Of a stretch of 64,000 nucleotides of DNA, positions 56,934 through 64,000 are shown one piece after another. Source of the stretch: Candidatus Micrarchaeia archaeon (GTDB lineage Archaea; Micrarchaeota; Micrarchaeia; CABMEP01); assembly GCA_038881595.1 (NCBI GenBank), contig JAVZPM010000003.1, forward strand, positions 4,739-68,738, in the 5' to 3' direction. Below the pieces are notes generated by a model. That model did not search any database. It worked only from the letters and a program-made list of their open reading frames with translations, and was not told where the DNA came from. Position numbers and translations under genes: made by a program. How positions within the stretch are numbered: position 1 is the stretch's first letter; every line of letters starts with the position of its first letter.

Positions 56934-57392
56934 CATAGTGAAAACAGGATTGAATTAATCTTCTAATTCTATTTTATCTTGAATTGAATCTATTTTAAAG
57001 GGACCATCTAGAAGCATTATGTATAAGTAATCAAAAGCGTATTTTTCAAAACCTATAACTAGATTGTAGCACAAATTATGTGTTGTAGGTATCTTTCTTA
57101 TAAATTTAATTTCTATTTACCTTAATTATAATGAAAGAAAAATTGATTGACTCATCAGAATTTAAACAAAAATTAACTATCCTTAAATAAATTATCTTAC
57201 TAAAGTTTGCCTTTCTAAAATCATCGATATTATCGGAAACGAGATATTTGAATTTGATTTCCTTTTCTAAAAGCTGATTCTTTCATTTTTTATTTTGAAA
57301 ACTACATATAAAAAACGGTCGTTCAGTTAAAATAGAAACATTTAATAAAATAATCTGGCAATAATATTTACTAAACTCTTTTATGTTTTTAT

Positions 57393-57467
57393 GGGCCCGT
57401 AGCTCAGCTTGGCCAGAGCGTCCGGCTTTTAACCGGCAGGTCAGGGGTTCAAATCCCCTCGGGCCCG
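57393..57467 (+). tRNA. tRNA-Lys(UUU)
   Basis: GGGCCCG-TA-GCTC-AGCTTGGCCA-GAGC-G-TCCGG-CTTTTAA-CCGGC-AGGTC-AGGGG-TTCAAAT-CCCCT-CGGGCCC-G. All stems Watson-Crick. Confidence 0.92.
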
Positions 57468-57494
57468 TTAAAAATATTGTAAAGGAGAGAAAAT

Positions 57495-57686
57495 ATGAAA
57501 ATAACACAAATTAGAGACATTGGAAGAGGATTACTTATTCTTTTAGGTGCGTTTTTGGCGTATAGTGGTAATGTGACAATAGGCATTGCATTTGCTGCTT
57601 TTGTGGCTTTAATGATGATCCAAGGTGCGTTTACTGGATTCTGCATATTAGACATGATCTACAAGGCCATTGGTGCAAAGGATTAA
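57495..57686 (+). CDS. DUF2892 (YgaP-like) small membrane protein
   Basis: 63 aa. GRGLLILLGAFLAY...QGAFTGFCILDMIYKAIG is the DUF2892 pattern. GGAGAG SD. Confidence 0.7.
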   Translation: MKITQIRDIGRGLLILLGAFLAYSGNVTIGIAFAAFVALMMIQGAFTGFCILDMIYKAIGAKD

Positions 57687-57740
57687 CTTATTTTAAATCT
57701 TTTTTTATCTTTTCTTTCAATCTTTAGATTAAAAGTTAGA

Positions 57741-57748
57741 TTTATATA
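57741..57748 (+). promoter_or_regulatory. TATA box for the RNase P RNA candidate
   Basis: TTTATATA is centred about 26 nt upstream of the first paired nucleotide (57770). Confidence 0.5.
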
Positions 57749-57769
57749 CTCTGATTTAGTAAATATTTT

Positions 57770-58063
57770 GGAGTGGTGGACTGCAGCTAACGGAAATAAC
57801 AGTTGTCGATCTCAAATAGCAGATGTGTTAAAGAGTTCGAAAAACTCTGTTATTTCTGAGGAAGTTCGATCCATCGAGTGAAAAAATGCTTTAAGGGCAT
57901 GGTGTGAGACTAGAAACGAATCAACTGTAAAGGATGAGAATGACGAAAGGAGACGATACAGTTGAATGAAACGACTCACATCACACGATGAGATGCAAGG
58001 CCTTTGAGCCGCTTAGTCGAATGCTGCATGTACAAAAGATCGACTATAGTCTGCCGCTCCGTC
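57770..58063 (+). ncRNA. rnpB: RNase P RNA candidate (archaeal)
   Basis: GC-richer ~294-nt ORF-free island. P1 GGAGUGGUGGACU / AGUCUGCCGCUCC (13 bp, 3 G-U valid only on +). P2 UGCAGC (57782..87) / GCUGCA (58023..28). P3 GAAAUAACAG / CUGUUAUUUC. CR-I-like GAGGAAGUUCG right after P3. GUUCGA can pair with UCGAAU directly 5' of the P2 3' strand (P4 topology). CCGCUUAGUCG resembles CR-V CCGGCUUAUCGG. Oligo-T follows. Confidence 0.6.
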
Positions 58064-58077
58064 ATATTTTTAGATTT

Positions 58078-59121
58078 TTATTTATTTCTTCTCTTTATAA
58101 GTTCTTCATAATCCAAGTCTAGATAATTATCACCTGATCTGAACCTTTTCTTATCGTTATTTTTTCTAGCATATATAATAGAAAGAATTAATATAATTAA
58201 TAATAAGTCAATTAAAATCAAAATTAATTGGTTCAATAATGAAAATATAGACGCTAAAAGAACCAATATTGCAACTCCCATTATCCCGTACTTTGACCCT
58301 TTTCTGAGATTTAGAATCAGAGAAGATATAATTATTATGATTGATAAGACAATTGGAATATAAACTTCTGAATTTGGAGCTAAGAAACTAAAGAGAGACA
58401 TCAAAAATGAATTAATTTTAGCAGGTATCAAAGAAAATAAGCCAAGTATATTGCCTGTCTTTAAATTAATATCTGTAATTCCAGTTCTTGCTTCTTCTAT
58501 ATGGAAAGTGTTGATAGCTTCCTCTATTTTGTTAATTTTACTTTCTAGGTTTGGATCTGAAATGTTTGCATTCTTTTTAATTTCGTCCAATTCTTTTTTA
58601 AGAGATAGAGATTCCTGATATATAGGAATAAAATCCTCGAATGGGGTTAAACTTGCACTAAAAAGTATAGTTGAATTTATTTCATTTGATTTTGAACTGT
58701 TTAAATAAACATAAGCATTTATTGATTTTGTCAAGCTTGAATTAAAACTACATAACGATTCACTTAATGATTTTTTATCTAGATAACAAACTAGTATGAT
58801 ATAGCTAACATTAATTTTTTTACTGCCATCTTTAAAATAGACAAATTCATTTCCGCTTTCAACTGTGGCTTTGATAAATATAGTAATATTTTCCGCATTT
58901 ATATTTTTTAGAGAAGTAGCAGGAATATTCCAACTAATTGTTATTGGAATAATATATTCATAATTAGGGATTACTCTACTTAAATTTGTAGTTGTATTTA
59001 TATTAATAATTGTGTCTACTGTTTTAATATTTACAAAGAGCTGTTCATTTGCTATTTCTGAAGAAGAAGTTAAGGGAAGAAAAATTATACAAAATGTAAT
59101 AAGTATAATAAACCTCTTCAT
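58078..59121 (-). CDS. Hypothetical secreted/membrane glycoprotein-like protein
   Basis: Signal peptide MKRFIILITFCIIFLPLTSSS, many N-x-S/T sequons, three C-terminal TM helices and a basic tail. AGAGTGAT SD. Confidence 0.55.
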   Translation of the reverse strand: MKRFIILITFCIIFLPLTSSSEIANEQLFVNIKTVDTIININTTTNLSRVIPNYEYIIPITISWNIPATSLKNINAENITIFIKATVESGNEFVYFKDGSKKINVSYIILVCYLDKKSLSESLCSFNSSLTKSINAYVYLNSSKSNEINSTILFSASLTPFEDFIPIYQESLSLKKELDEIKKNANISDPNLESKINKIEEAINTFHIEEARTGITDINLKTGNILGLFSLIPAKINSFLMSLFSFLAPNSEVYIPIVLSIIIIISSLILNLRKGSKYGIMGVAILVLLASIFSLLNQLILILIDLLLIILILSIIYARKNNDKKRFRSGDNYLDLDYEELIKRRNK

Positions 59122-59160
59122 TAAATCACTCTGTCAATAACAACAATGACCATGTATAAG

Positions 59161-59844
59161 TCAAATTGTTATTGTCTCTAATTTCTTTTTTAAGACTATT
59201 TTGTCGTCATTTACTTGAAGCAACCCATCACAAGGAATTTGAAATGCTGATTCTAACTCCTTAGGATATTCATCTTTATAAAAAACTGATATAATTGCTG
59301 TGTCTGTTTCTTCTGCAATAGTTGACAAAAAGCGCATAAATTTTAACACATTTTTTTCGCTATTAAATGCGAGAATACCATTTAAAGAATCGATCACTGC
59401 AATTTCAATCGCTGGATCGGAAAATACATCTTGAAGCGTCATTGAAATCTCAACTAGATTGTCTGGATTTTCTATAAATTTGAAAGAAAAATTTTTATTA
59501 TTCTTTGAATCTGCAATTGGCTTACTAATTGCATCAATAAAGATTATTCTTTCACTATGATCTTGAATATCAAATCCATTTTCTTTGAATTCCTTAATAA
59601 CTTTATTAACTGGCTTATCAATTGAAAACCATACTGCTTTTTTATTTGGATTTGAAGTTAGAAAATCATAGACTATTTTATATGAAAGAACGATGTCTGT
59701 AGTAAAGGGAGATATAGGAAAAAGAATCAATTGTTTCTTTATATTTGAAATTAGAGAACGTTTCATTTCTTTTGGATTAATGTCTAAAAAAGAAGCTGTT
59801 TCCTCTTGAATATCTAATTTCTCATCTTTTCTGTTATTTGGCAA
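59161..59844 (-). CDS. Hypothetical RecA/KaiC-fold-like protein lacking a P-loop
   Basis: Pattern KAVWFSIDKPVNKVIKEFKENGFDI...IIFIDAIS...IAVIDSLNGILAF...FMRFLSTIAEETDTAIISVF resembles KaiC/ArlH-type domains. The Walker A position reads ISPFTTD. TTG start after AGGTGG. Confidence 0.45.
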   Translation of the reverse strand: MPNNRKDEKLDIQEETASFLDINPKEMKRSLISNIKKQLILFPISPFTTDIVLSYKIVYDFLTSNPNKKAVWFSIDKPVNKVIKEFKENGFDIQDHSERIIFIDAISKPIADSKNNKNFSFKFIENPDNLVEISMTLQDVFSDPAIEIAVIDSLNGILAFNSEKNVLKFMRFLSTIAEETDTAIISVFYKDEYPKELESAFQIPCDGLLQVNDDKIVLKKKLETITI

Positions 59845-60100
59845 AATACCACCTATATTTTATTATTCTATTAATTAATGTCAGATTAAATTTAAAAACT
59901 TAATAATTACAATCGTGCTAAAAATAGAAGATACATAGATATATAAACATTATCTGATATTATATTACAAAGTATGTGGGATTAAAAACTAATTCTCACA
60001 AGAAAACAAACAGTACGTCTAATATGATTTGCTGATTTTGCTTTGCTTGATTGAGAAAAAGAATACGTCCCACTAAAGACAGAATCTGGAGTGTGAAATA

Positions 60101-60346
60101 ATGGAAGAAGAAAGACGTGGCGGATTTAGACGCGGAAGATTTCGCGGCCGCGGAAATTTTGCACCTAAACCTGTAAAGGAAGGTGACGAAATTGACCTTA
60201 CAATAGAAGCCGTTGGTGAGAAGGGAGACGGAATAGGAAAAATCCAAGGATTTGTTATATTCGTCCCTGGAACGTCTACAGGAGAATCTTGTAAAGTAAA
60301 AATAATGCAAGTCCGTGGAAAAAGCGCAGTAGGAGAAAAAATATAA
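60101..60346 (+). CDS. Small TRAM-domain protein with RGG-rich N-terminus
   Basis: MEEERRGGFRRGRFRGRGNFAPKPV, then EGDEIDLTIEAVGEKGDGIGKIQGFVIFVPGTSTGESCKVKIMQV (TRAM fold signature). Confidence 0.8.
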   Translation: MEEERRGGFRRGRFRGRGNFAPKPVKEGDEIDLTIEAVGEKGDGIGKIQGFVIFVPGTSTGESCKVKIMQVRGKSAVGEKI

Positions 60347-60377
60347 AACTCATAATGCGTTAATAAACCCTTGTAGG

Positions 60378-60413
60378 TTTCTTTTTTTTTGTTTTTATTT
60401 TTACTTTTTTTTT
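60378..60413 (+). terminator. Oligo-T tract downstream of the TRAM gene
   Basis: tttcttttttttttgtttttatttttacttttttttt. Archaeal termination typically uses T-runs. Confidence 0.4.
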
Positions 60414-60732
60414 CGATCAATTACACAAATTTTCAATAAACTCATAGTAGTCTTTAAACTTTAAATAATAATATATACCGAATGTTTTATTTTGATATGG
60501 GAAAAATATAAATTAAGAAATGAAATTTTCAATGAACAAAATCAAACATCTAGAAAGAAAAAATAGAAAATGTGTATTTGATAAATGATACTCCATCTTT
60601 GATTAGCTTCGCTCTTCAAGCTGCATTTTATCTTCCAAGTCTAATCTGGAATTTAAGAAAAATAAATGAAATAAAATCAAATAGGTTCTGGTACCTCAAT
60701 AGAAATAAAGAGCCATTAAAGGAACAATATAG

Positions 60733-61395
60733 AGCCAAGATACAAAAGATCCTTTACCTTTAATTGCGTTTGATAGCAGATATAAAAGAGATCTTTTTAA
60801 CTTTTCAATGGTTGGTAAAATTATCGCCTGCCTTGGTTACCTGGCATTTATTGTAAGATCAAGAAGGGACTAAAAAGCGCAGAGGCAGAAGATTATATGG
60901 ATGTATTTGATTTTCTTAAAACTAAATATCAAGAAAAAAACTATTAGAGAATAGAAGTGCAATAATCGGATAAGTGGTGGAAACATTGTTGTATATAAAA
61001 CCTGTTCTTCACAAGAATTCATAGAAAGACATAATATCAAATGTGGAATATCTATTTCGCCTTTTGGTGATTTAGCAAAGCAATTGAGTATATGAAAAAC
61101 AAGCTTAAAGAAAGAGATATACCTGAAAATACTCGCAGGATTTTATCAGATTGTAATAATTATGTTGAAAGTTTAGGGATAACTAATACTTCTGATAGAT
61201 ACTTATTTACTAATGGATCGCCAATTACTTACTGTAAGAATTTGAAAGTACCTTTATTAATCGAACATGGAATCATGGATTATATAGTTCCAGTTATGGC
61301 TCCTTGAAGATATATAAAACACTAAAACAAGAAAATAAAAAACAGAGCTTGTTTTAATACCTGGAAAAGGTATACTTGGAGACCTTAAAAAATGA
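60733..61395 (+). pseudogene. Frameshifted alpha/beta-hydrolase (S9 peptidase / dienelactone hydrolase-like) pseudogene
   Basis: Fragments in three frames: DPLPLIAFDSRYKRDLFNFSMVGKIIACLGYLAFIVRSRR; AEDYMDVFDFLKTKYQEKNY; ENRSAII / GISGGNIVVY (GxSxG nucleophile elbow split by a frameshift); SPITYCKNLKVPLLIEHGIMDYIVPV (acid residue); TELVLIPGKGILG (expected His replaced). Confidence 0.55.
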
Positions 61396-61498
61396 AAAGA
61401 TAATATGATTGAAACAATTGGATTAATACGTTCAATAATTTATGCTTACAAATTTTTAAGGAAGCATATGAGTTGTTAAATTTGAGAATATGGTTAGA

Positions 61499-62485
61499 TC
61501 AAGTCTGAATTGAAATCATTAATTGTTCTTTAGTTGAACTTTTTCTTAAAGGTTCGTTACATCTTTTTCTATATTCCCATTCTTTATCTACAAAGGAGTT
61601 ATAACCTTTTGAGCGTAAGTATTTGCTCATGAATACAGCGTTTCCATAATGACAAATGATTTCTTTTGCACCGGACTCCTCAACATACTTTAATATTTCA
61701 GAAAAACCACTATGATCGCTTAAAGGAAAAGCGTGATACCTATATCTATACTTTTTAGCCCAACCTGTAACGATTGCAAATGAAACTTGTTTATATTGAG
61801 TAGTTAACCATTTTTCTGATTGTGGATTAACAAGATTGAATGGAACGATATAAACAAACTTATCCTTCATTATTTCAGCAGCTTCTTTACTACCAATAAC
61901 AACCCTATCAAGCCTTATCCCATATTTTTCATATACCTTACATTTTTCTTCTATATTTTGATCAACTACAGGAGTAATATTTGAATACTTGTTTAATATG
62001 TAGATAAGCTCTTGAGCCTTTCCTACTGAATAGGCTCCAAAAACTACATTATTTCCTGTCATTAATCTTGTTCTTGTCCATCTATCTATTCTATCAGCAA
62101 TTATTTCTTTTGAATCAAATTCAAAATCGGGATGACCAAATGTACAATCTATATGTAACTCATCACATTTTACTATTTTTGCTCTCTCACTAGTAAAACC
62201 TTCCCTAAGTTTCATATCCCCAGTATATACAACTGTATGACCATTTGTAAATTCTATTTGCGTAGAGCCAAGAATATGTCCCGCAGGGTGTAGAATAACA
62301 TCTTTATCTATCTTATGTAGTATAGATGTTTTTCCATCTAAATTAAGAAGGTCAAACGTTTGTTGCGATGAAAATATATTTCCCTTTCTAGAATGATCAG
62401 AATGAGCATGTGATATGTATACTATATCTGCATCTTTAGATGTTTCTATACCTAATACTCTTCCATCTGAAAGTATTATCCTCAT
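61499..62485 (-). CDS. Metallo-beta-lactamase-fold hydrolase, beta-CASP-like (putative nuclease)
   Basis: VYISHAHSDHS (HxHxDH), HPAGHILGS, YTGDMK, IDCTFG, PLSDHSGFSEIL, CHYGN. About 330 aa. Confidence 0.7.
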   Translation of the reverse strand: MRIILSDGRVLGIETSKDADIVYISHAHSDHSRKGNIFSSQQTFDLLNLDGKTSILHKIDKDVILHPAGHILGSTQIEFTNGHTVVYTGDMKLREGFTSERAKIVKCDELHIDCTFGHPDFEFDSKEIIADRIDRWTRTRLMTGNNVVFGAYSVGKAQELIYILNKYSNITPVVDQNIEEKCKVYEKYGIRLDRVVIGSKEAAEIMKDKFVYIVPFNLVNPQSEKWLTTQYKQVSFAIVTGWAKKYRYRYHAFPLSDHSGFSEILKYVEESGAKEIICHYGNAVFMSKYLRSKGYNSFVDKEWEYRKRCNEPLRKSSTKEQLMISIQT

Positions 62486-62638
62486 TGTCTGCCTCATGCT
62501 AATTTAATTGGTGCCAGATAAATAATTATTAAATAAATTTATAAAGTTTTAATGAATGGAAAGAGATGTTAAAAAAGAAAGATATTTTAAGTTTCACTAC
62601 AATATGTAATAAAATTATTTTAATAGATCATTTTTAAA

Positions 62639-62713
62639 GGGCCGGTAGCTTAGCCAGGTTGGAGCGCGTGACTGATAATCACGAGGTCGGGAGTTCAAAT
62701 CTCCCCCGGCCCA
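62639..62713 (+). tRNA. tRNA-Ile(GAU)
   Basis: GGGCCGG-TA-GCTT-AGCCAGGTTG-GAGC-G-CGTGA-CTGATAA-TCACG-AGGTC-GGGAG-TTCAAAT-CTCCC-CCGGCCC-A. Confidence 0.9.
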
Positions 62714-62831
62714 TTATCGATTTTTGTGGGAACCAATCGTTTTATTAAGCTAAATTTAATACTATTAGTTGTGTTTTTGGTATAAAAATAAGAATGTTTA
62801 AAAATATATACTGCGTTTAAAATTTGAGAGT

Positions 62832-63704
62832 ATGAAATTTAATTTTGATAATGAAAAATATAATAGACAGCTGGATAAAAATGTTTTTTTCAAATTAAGT
62901 GCAAAGGAAAAGGAGATCTATCTGAAGTTAAAAAAACAAGTTCCTGTGGAAGAAATAATTCTAAGTATAGGAGATACTTTTTCTAAAGTGAATTATAAAG
63001 AATTGGAAAAGGAAAAACTTATGGAAGTATTATCTAAAGCTAAATCGAATTCGGTTATATGGGAAAGAAAAATGAATGCGGCAGAAGATATATTAACTGC
63101 AGTTAGACGTTCCGGTTCTAATCCAAAAATGATATTCAATTTATTCTTTGGTAAAAAAAGTAGGAAGATTGAGAAACCCTACTGGGAACTTACAAGAACA
63201 ATGTATTCTATAATGGGAACTAAATTCTTAACTATAACCAATGAAGAAATTGGATGGCTTAATGCTATCGGCCTCAAAAATAAATATGCCTCTGAAATAG
63301 AAATAATAGATCCATTATTTAATATACTTGATACAAAGGAAGGACATGAATTGATTAATCATTTATACATGTGTAAAAATACGATATGTACTTGTATTGA
63401 ATCCAGAAAATTGATAAATGAATTAATTGAAAAGACAAAAGAATACAAAAAGGAAATGCAAAATGAATTTATTATATTTGATATCTTAATGAAGGAAGAA
63501 CCCAATGCAGTAATAAGTTTTGTTAACAAATGCATGGATCTATATTGGATAACACATCTATTTCATGTTTTAAAGACTGGTAAAGAACGATTGATTAAAA
63601 CAAAAAAAATAGAAATGGAAAAAAAGAAAAATAAACAAAACGATGGTGAATTTCAAAGTGACGAATCAAAAAAAGATGAAAAAACAAACGAAAAGGATAA
63701 TTAA
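62832..63704 (+). CDS. Hypothetical protein (K/E-rich tail), no recognisable domain
   Basis: 290-aa ORF immediately downstream of tRNA-Ile. Confidence 0.5.
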   Translation: MKFNFDNEKYNRQLDKNVFFKLSAKEKEIYLKLKKQVPVEEIILSIGDTFSKVNYKELEKEKLMEVLSKAKSNSVIWERKMNAAEDILTAVRRSGSNPKMIFNLFFGKKSRKIEKPYWELTRTMYSIMGTKFLTITNEEIGWLNAIGLKNKYASEIEIIDPLFNILDTKEGHELINHLYMCKNTICTCIESRKLINELIEKTKEYKKEMQNEFIIFDILMKEEPNAVISFVNKCMDLYWITHLFHVLKTGKERLIKTKKIEMEKKKNKQNDGEFQSDESKKDEKTNEKDN

Positions 63705-63838
63705 AATCCTTCATTGATAATCGTGATAAGTAATAGAATAAAAGTAGATTAGGGCGGGAATGTGTGGGAGTTCTGACCCGCCCATAAGTATGAATTGGGG
63801 GTTTGGTCGTAACCCCCGCCTCTTTGTCGCCTCGCACC

Positions 63839-64000
63839 CTACCTCAAATTCGCCTCGCTTTGATTATCCGGGTGAGCATAATAAATGACTTTTCCTGCCC
63901 TCTTTTTTACAAGATGGCCGAATGTTGCAAGTTTATTTAATCTTGCAGATGCGGCATTTCTTCCCTTGTATGCGAAAACCTTTTGTATGGTCTCTGCAGA
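63839..64000 (-). CDS. Partial CDS (C-terminal 53 aa) of a winged-helix-like DNA-binding protein; continues beyond the window
   Basis: Minus-strand frame open to the window edge: ...TIQKVFAYKGRNAASARLNKLATFGHLVKKRAGKVIYYAHPDNQSEANLR*. Recognition-helix plus wing pattern. Lies in a GC-richer segment. Confidence 0.45.
   Translation of the reverse strand, partial: SAETIQKVFAYKGRNAASARLNKLATFGHLVKKRAGKVIYYAHPDNQSEANLR

Noticed and set aside
57283-57655. Minus-strand ORFs 57283..57507 and 57449..57655.
   Set aside because: They overlap tRNA-Lys and are antisense to the well-supported DUF2892 gene.
57770-58063. Alternative call as SRP (7S) RNA.
   Set aside because: I saw no helix-8 or Alu-domain-like motifs. 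The nested P1-P2-P3 then GAGGAAGU arrangement, with the P4 partner abutting the P2 3' strand, fits RNase P better. This still needs a covariance-model test.
59996-60420. Minus-strand ORFs 59996..60310 and 60073..60420.
   Set aside because: They are antisense to the TRAM-domain gene, which has a clear domain signature. They contain no motifs.
63595-63837. 80-aa minus-strand ORF.
   Set aside because: It spans the two GC-rich stem-loops and the tail of the plus-strand gene. The composition-driven open frame has no SD.
1-64000. CRISPR arrays, IS elements or transposases, rRNA genes, defence systems and alternative genetic code.
   Set aside because: No regularly spaced direct repeats, no transposase or integrase ORFs and no rRNA-like segments were seen. 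All long conserved genes read through with the standard code. The only repeat-like signals are the intron hairpins and the intergenic palindromes reported above.

Overview
AT-rich archaeal chromosomal segment (about 30% GC by eye, not computed). It is dominated by core information-processing genes, mostly on the minus strand. The archaeal assignment rests on archaea/eukaryote-type ribosomal proteins (L32e, L19e, S4e, S27e, L44e), PolD, PriS/PriL, MCM, aIF1A/aIF2, Nop10, Rpp29 and a BHB-type tRNA intron. The small size, several decayed genes and anaerobe-type oxidative-stress genes (rubrerythrin, desulfoferrodoxin) suggest a reduced-genome, possibly DPANN-like, anaerobe; that is inference only.

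Main blocks:
- (1) dxs, a permease, and the PolD operon (DP1 plus an intein-containing DP2).
- (2) tRNA-Arg(UCU) with a 74-nt intron, then the canonical cmk / DUF106 / adk / secY / L15...L3 ribosomal super-operon (17.6-33.8 kb). It includes an unlisted S14 gene and an unlisted 58-codon Rpp29-like ORF.
- (3) rbr-dfx and dxr.
- (4) The conserved L44e-S27e-aIF2alpha-Nop10-PAC2 cluster.
- (5) Replication genes (GINS-like, PriS, PriL, Dpo4, MCM) interleaved with cysS, metG, aIF2beta, aIF1A, Rio1, NAC and a presenilin-like protease.
- (6) tRNA-Cys, tRNA-Lys and tRNA-Ile, a roughly 294-nt RNase P RNA candidate and a candidate C/D-box sRNA.
- (7) Two multi-frameshift pseudogenes, and a GC-richer island with a partial wHTH gene at the right edge.

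I did not recognise a clear multi-gene novel system such as a defence island. The most unusual items are:
- bacterial-type MEP genes (dxs, dxr) in an archaeal context;
- a truncated Rpp29 paralogue inside the ribosomal operon;
- a palindrome-dense, GC-rich divergent intergenic region upstream of rpl3;
- a C/D sRNA candidate in front of priL;
- several orphan proteins: a LIM-like zinc finger, a 4x HTH-like repeat protein, a protein with a caspase-like His/Cys domain, and a P-loop-less KaiC-like protein paired with a membrane glycoprotein.

Start codons were refined by eye using the very consistent GGTGAT-type Shine-Dalgarno motif. All homology calls come from motif recognition, not database searches.
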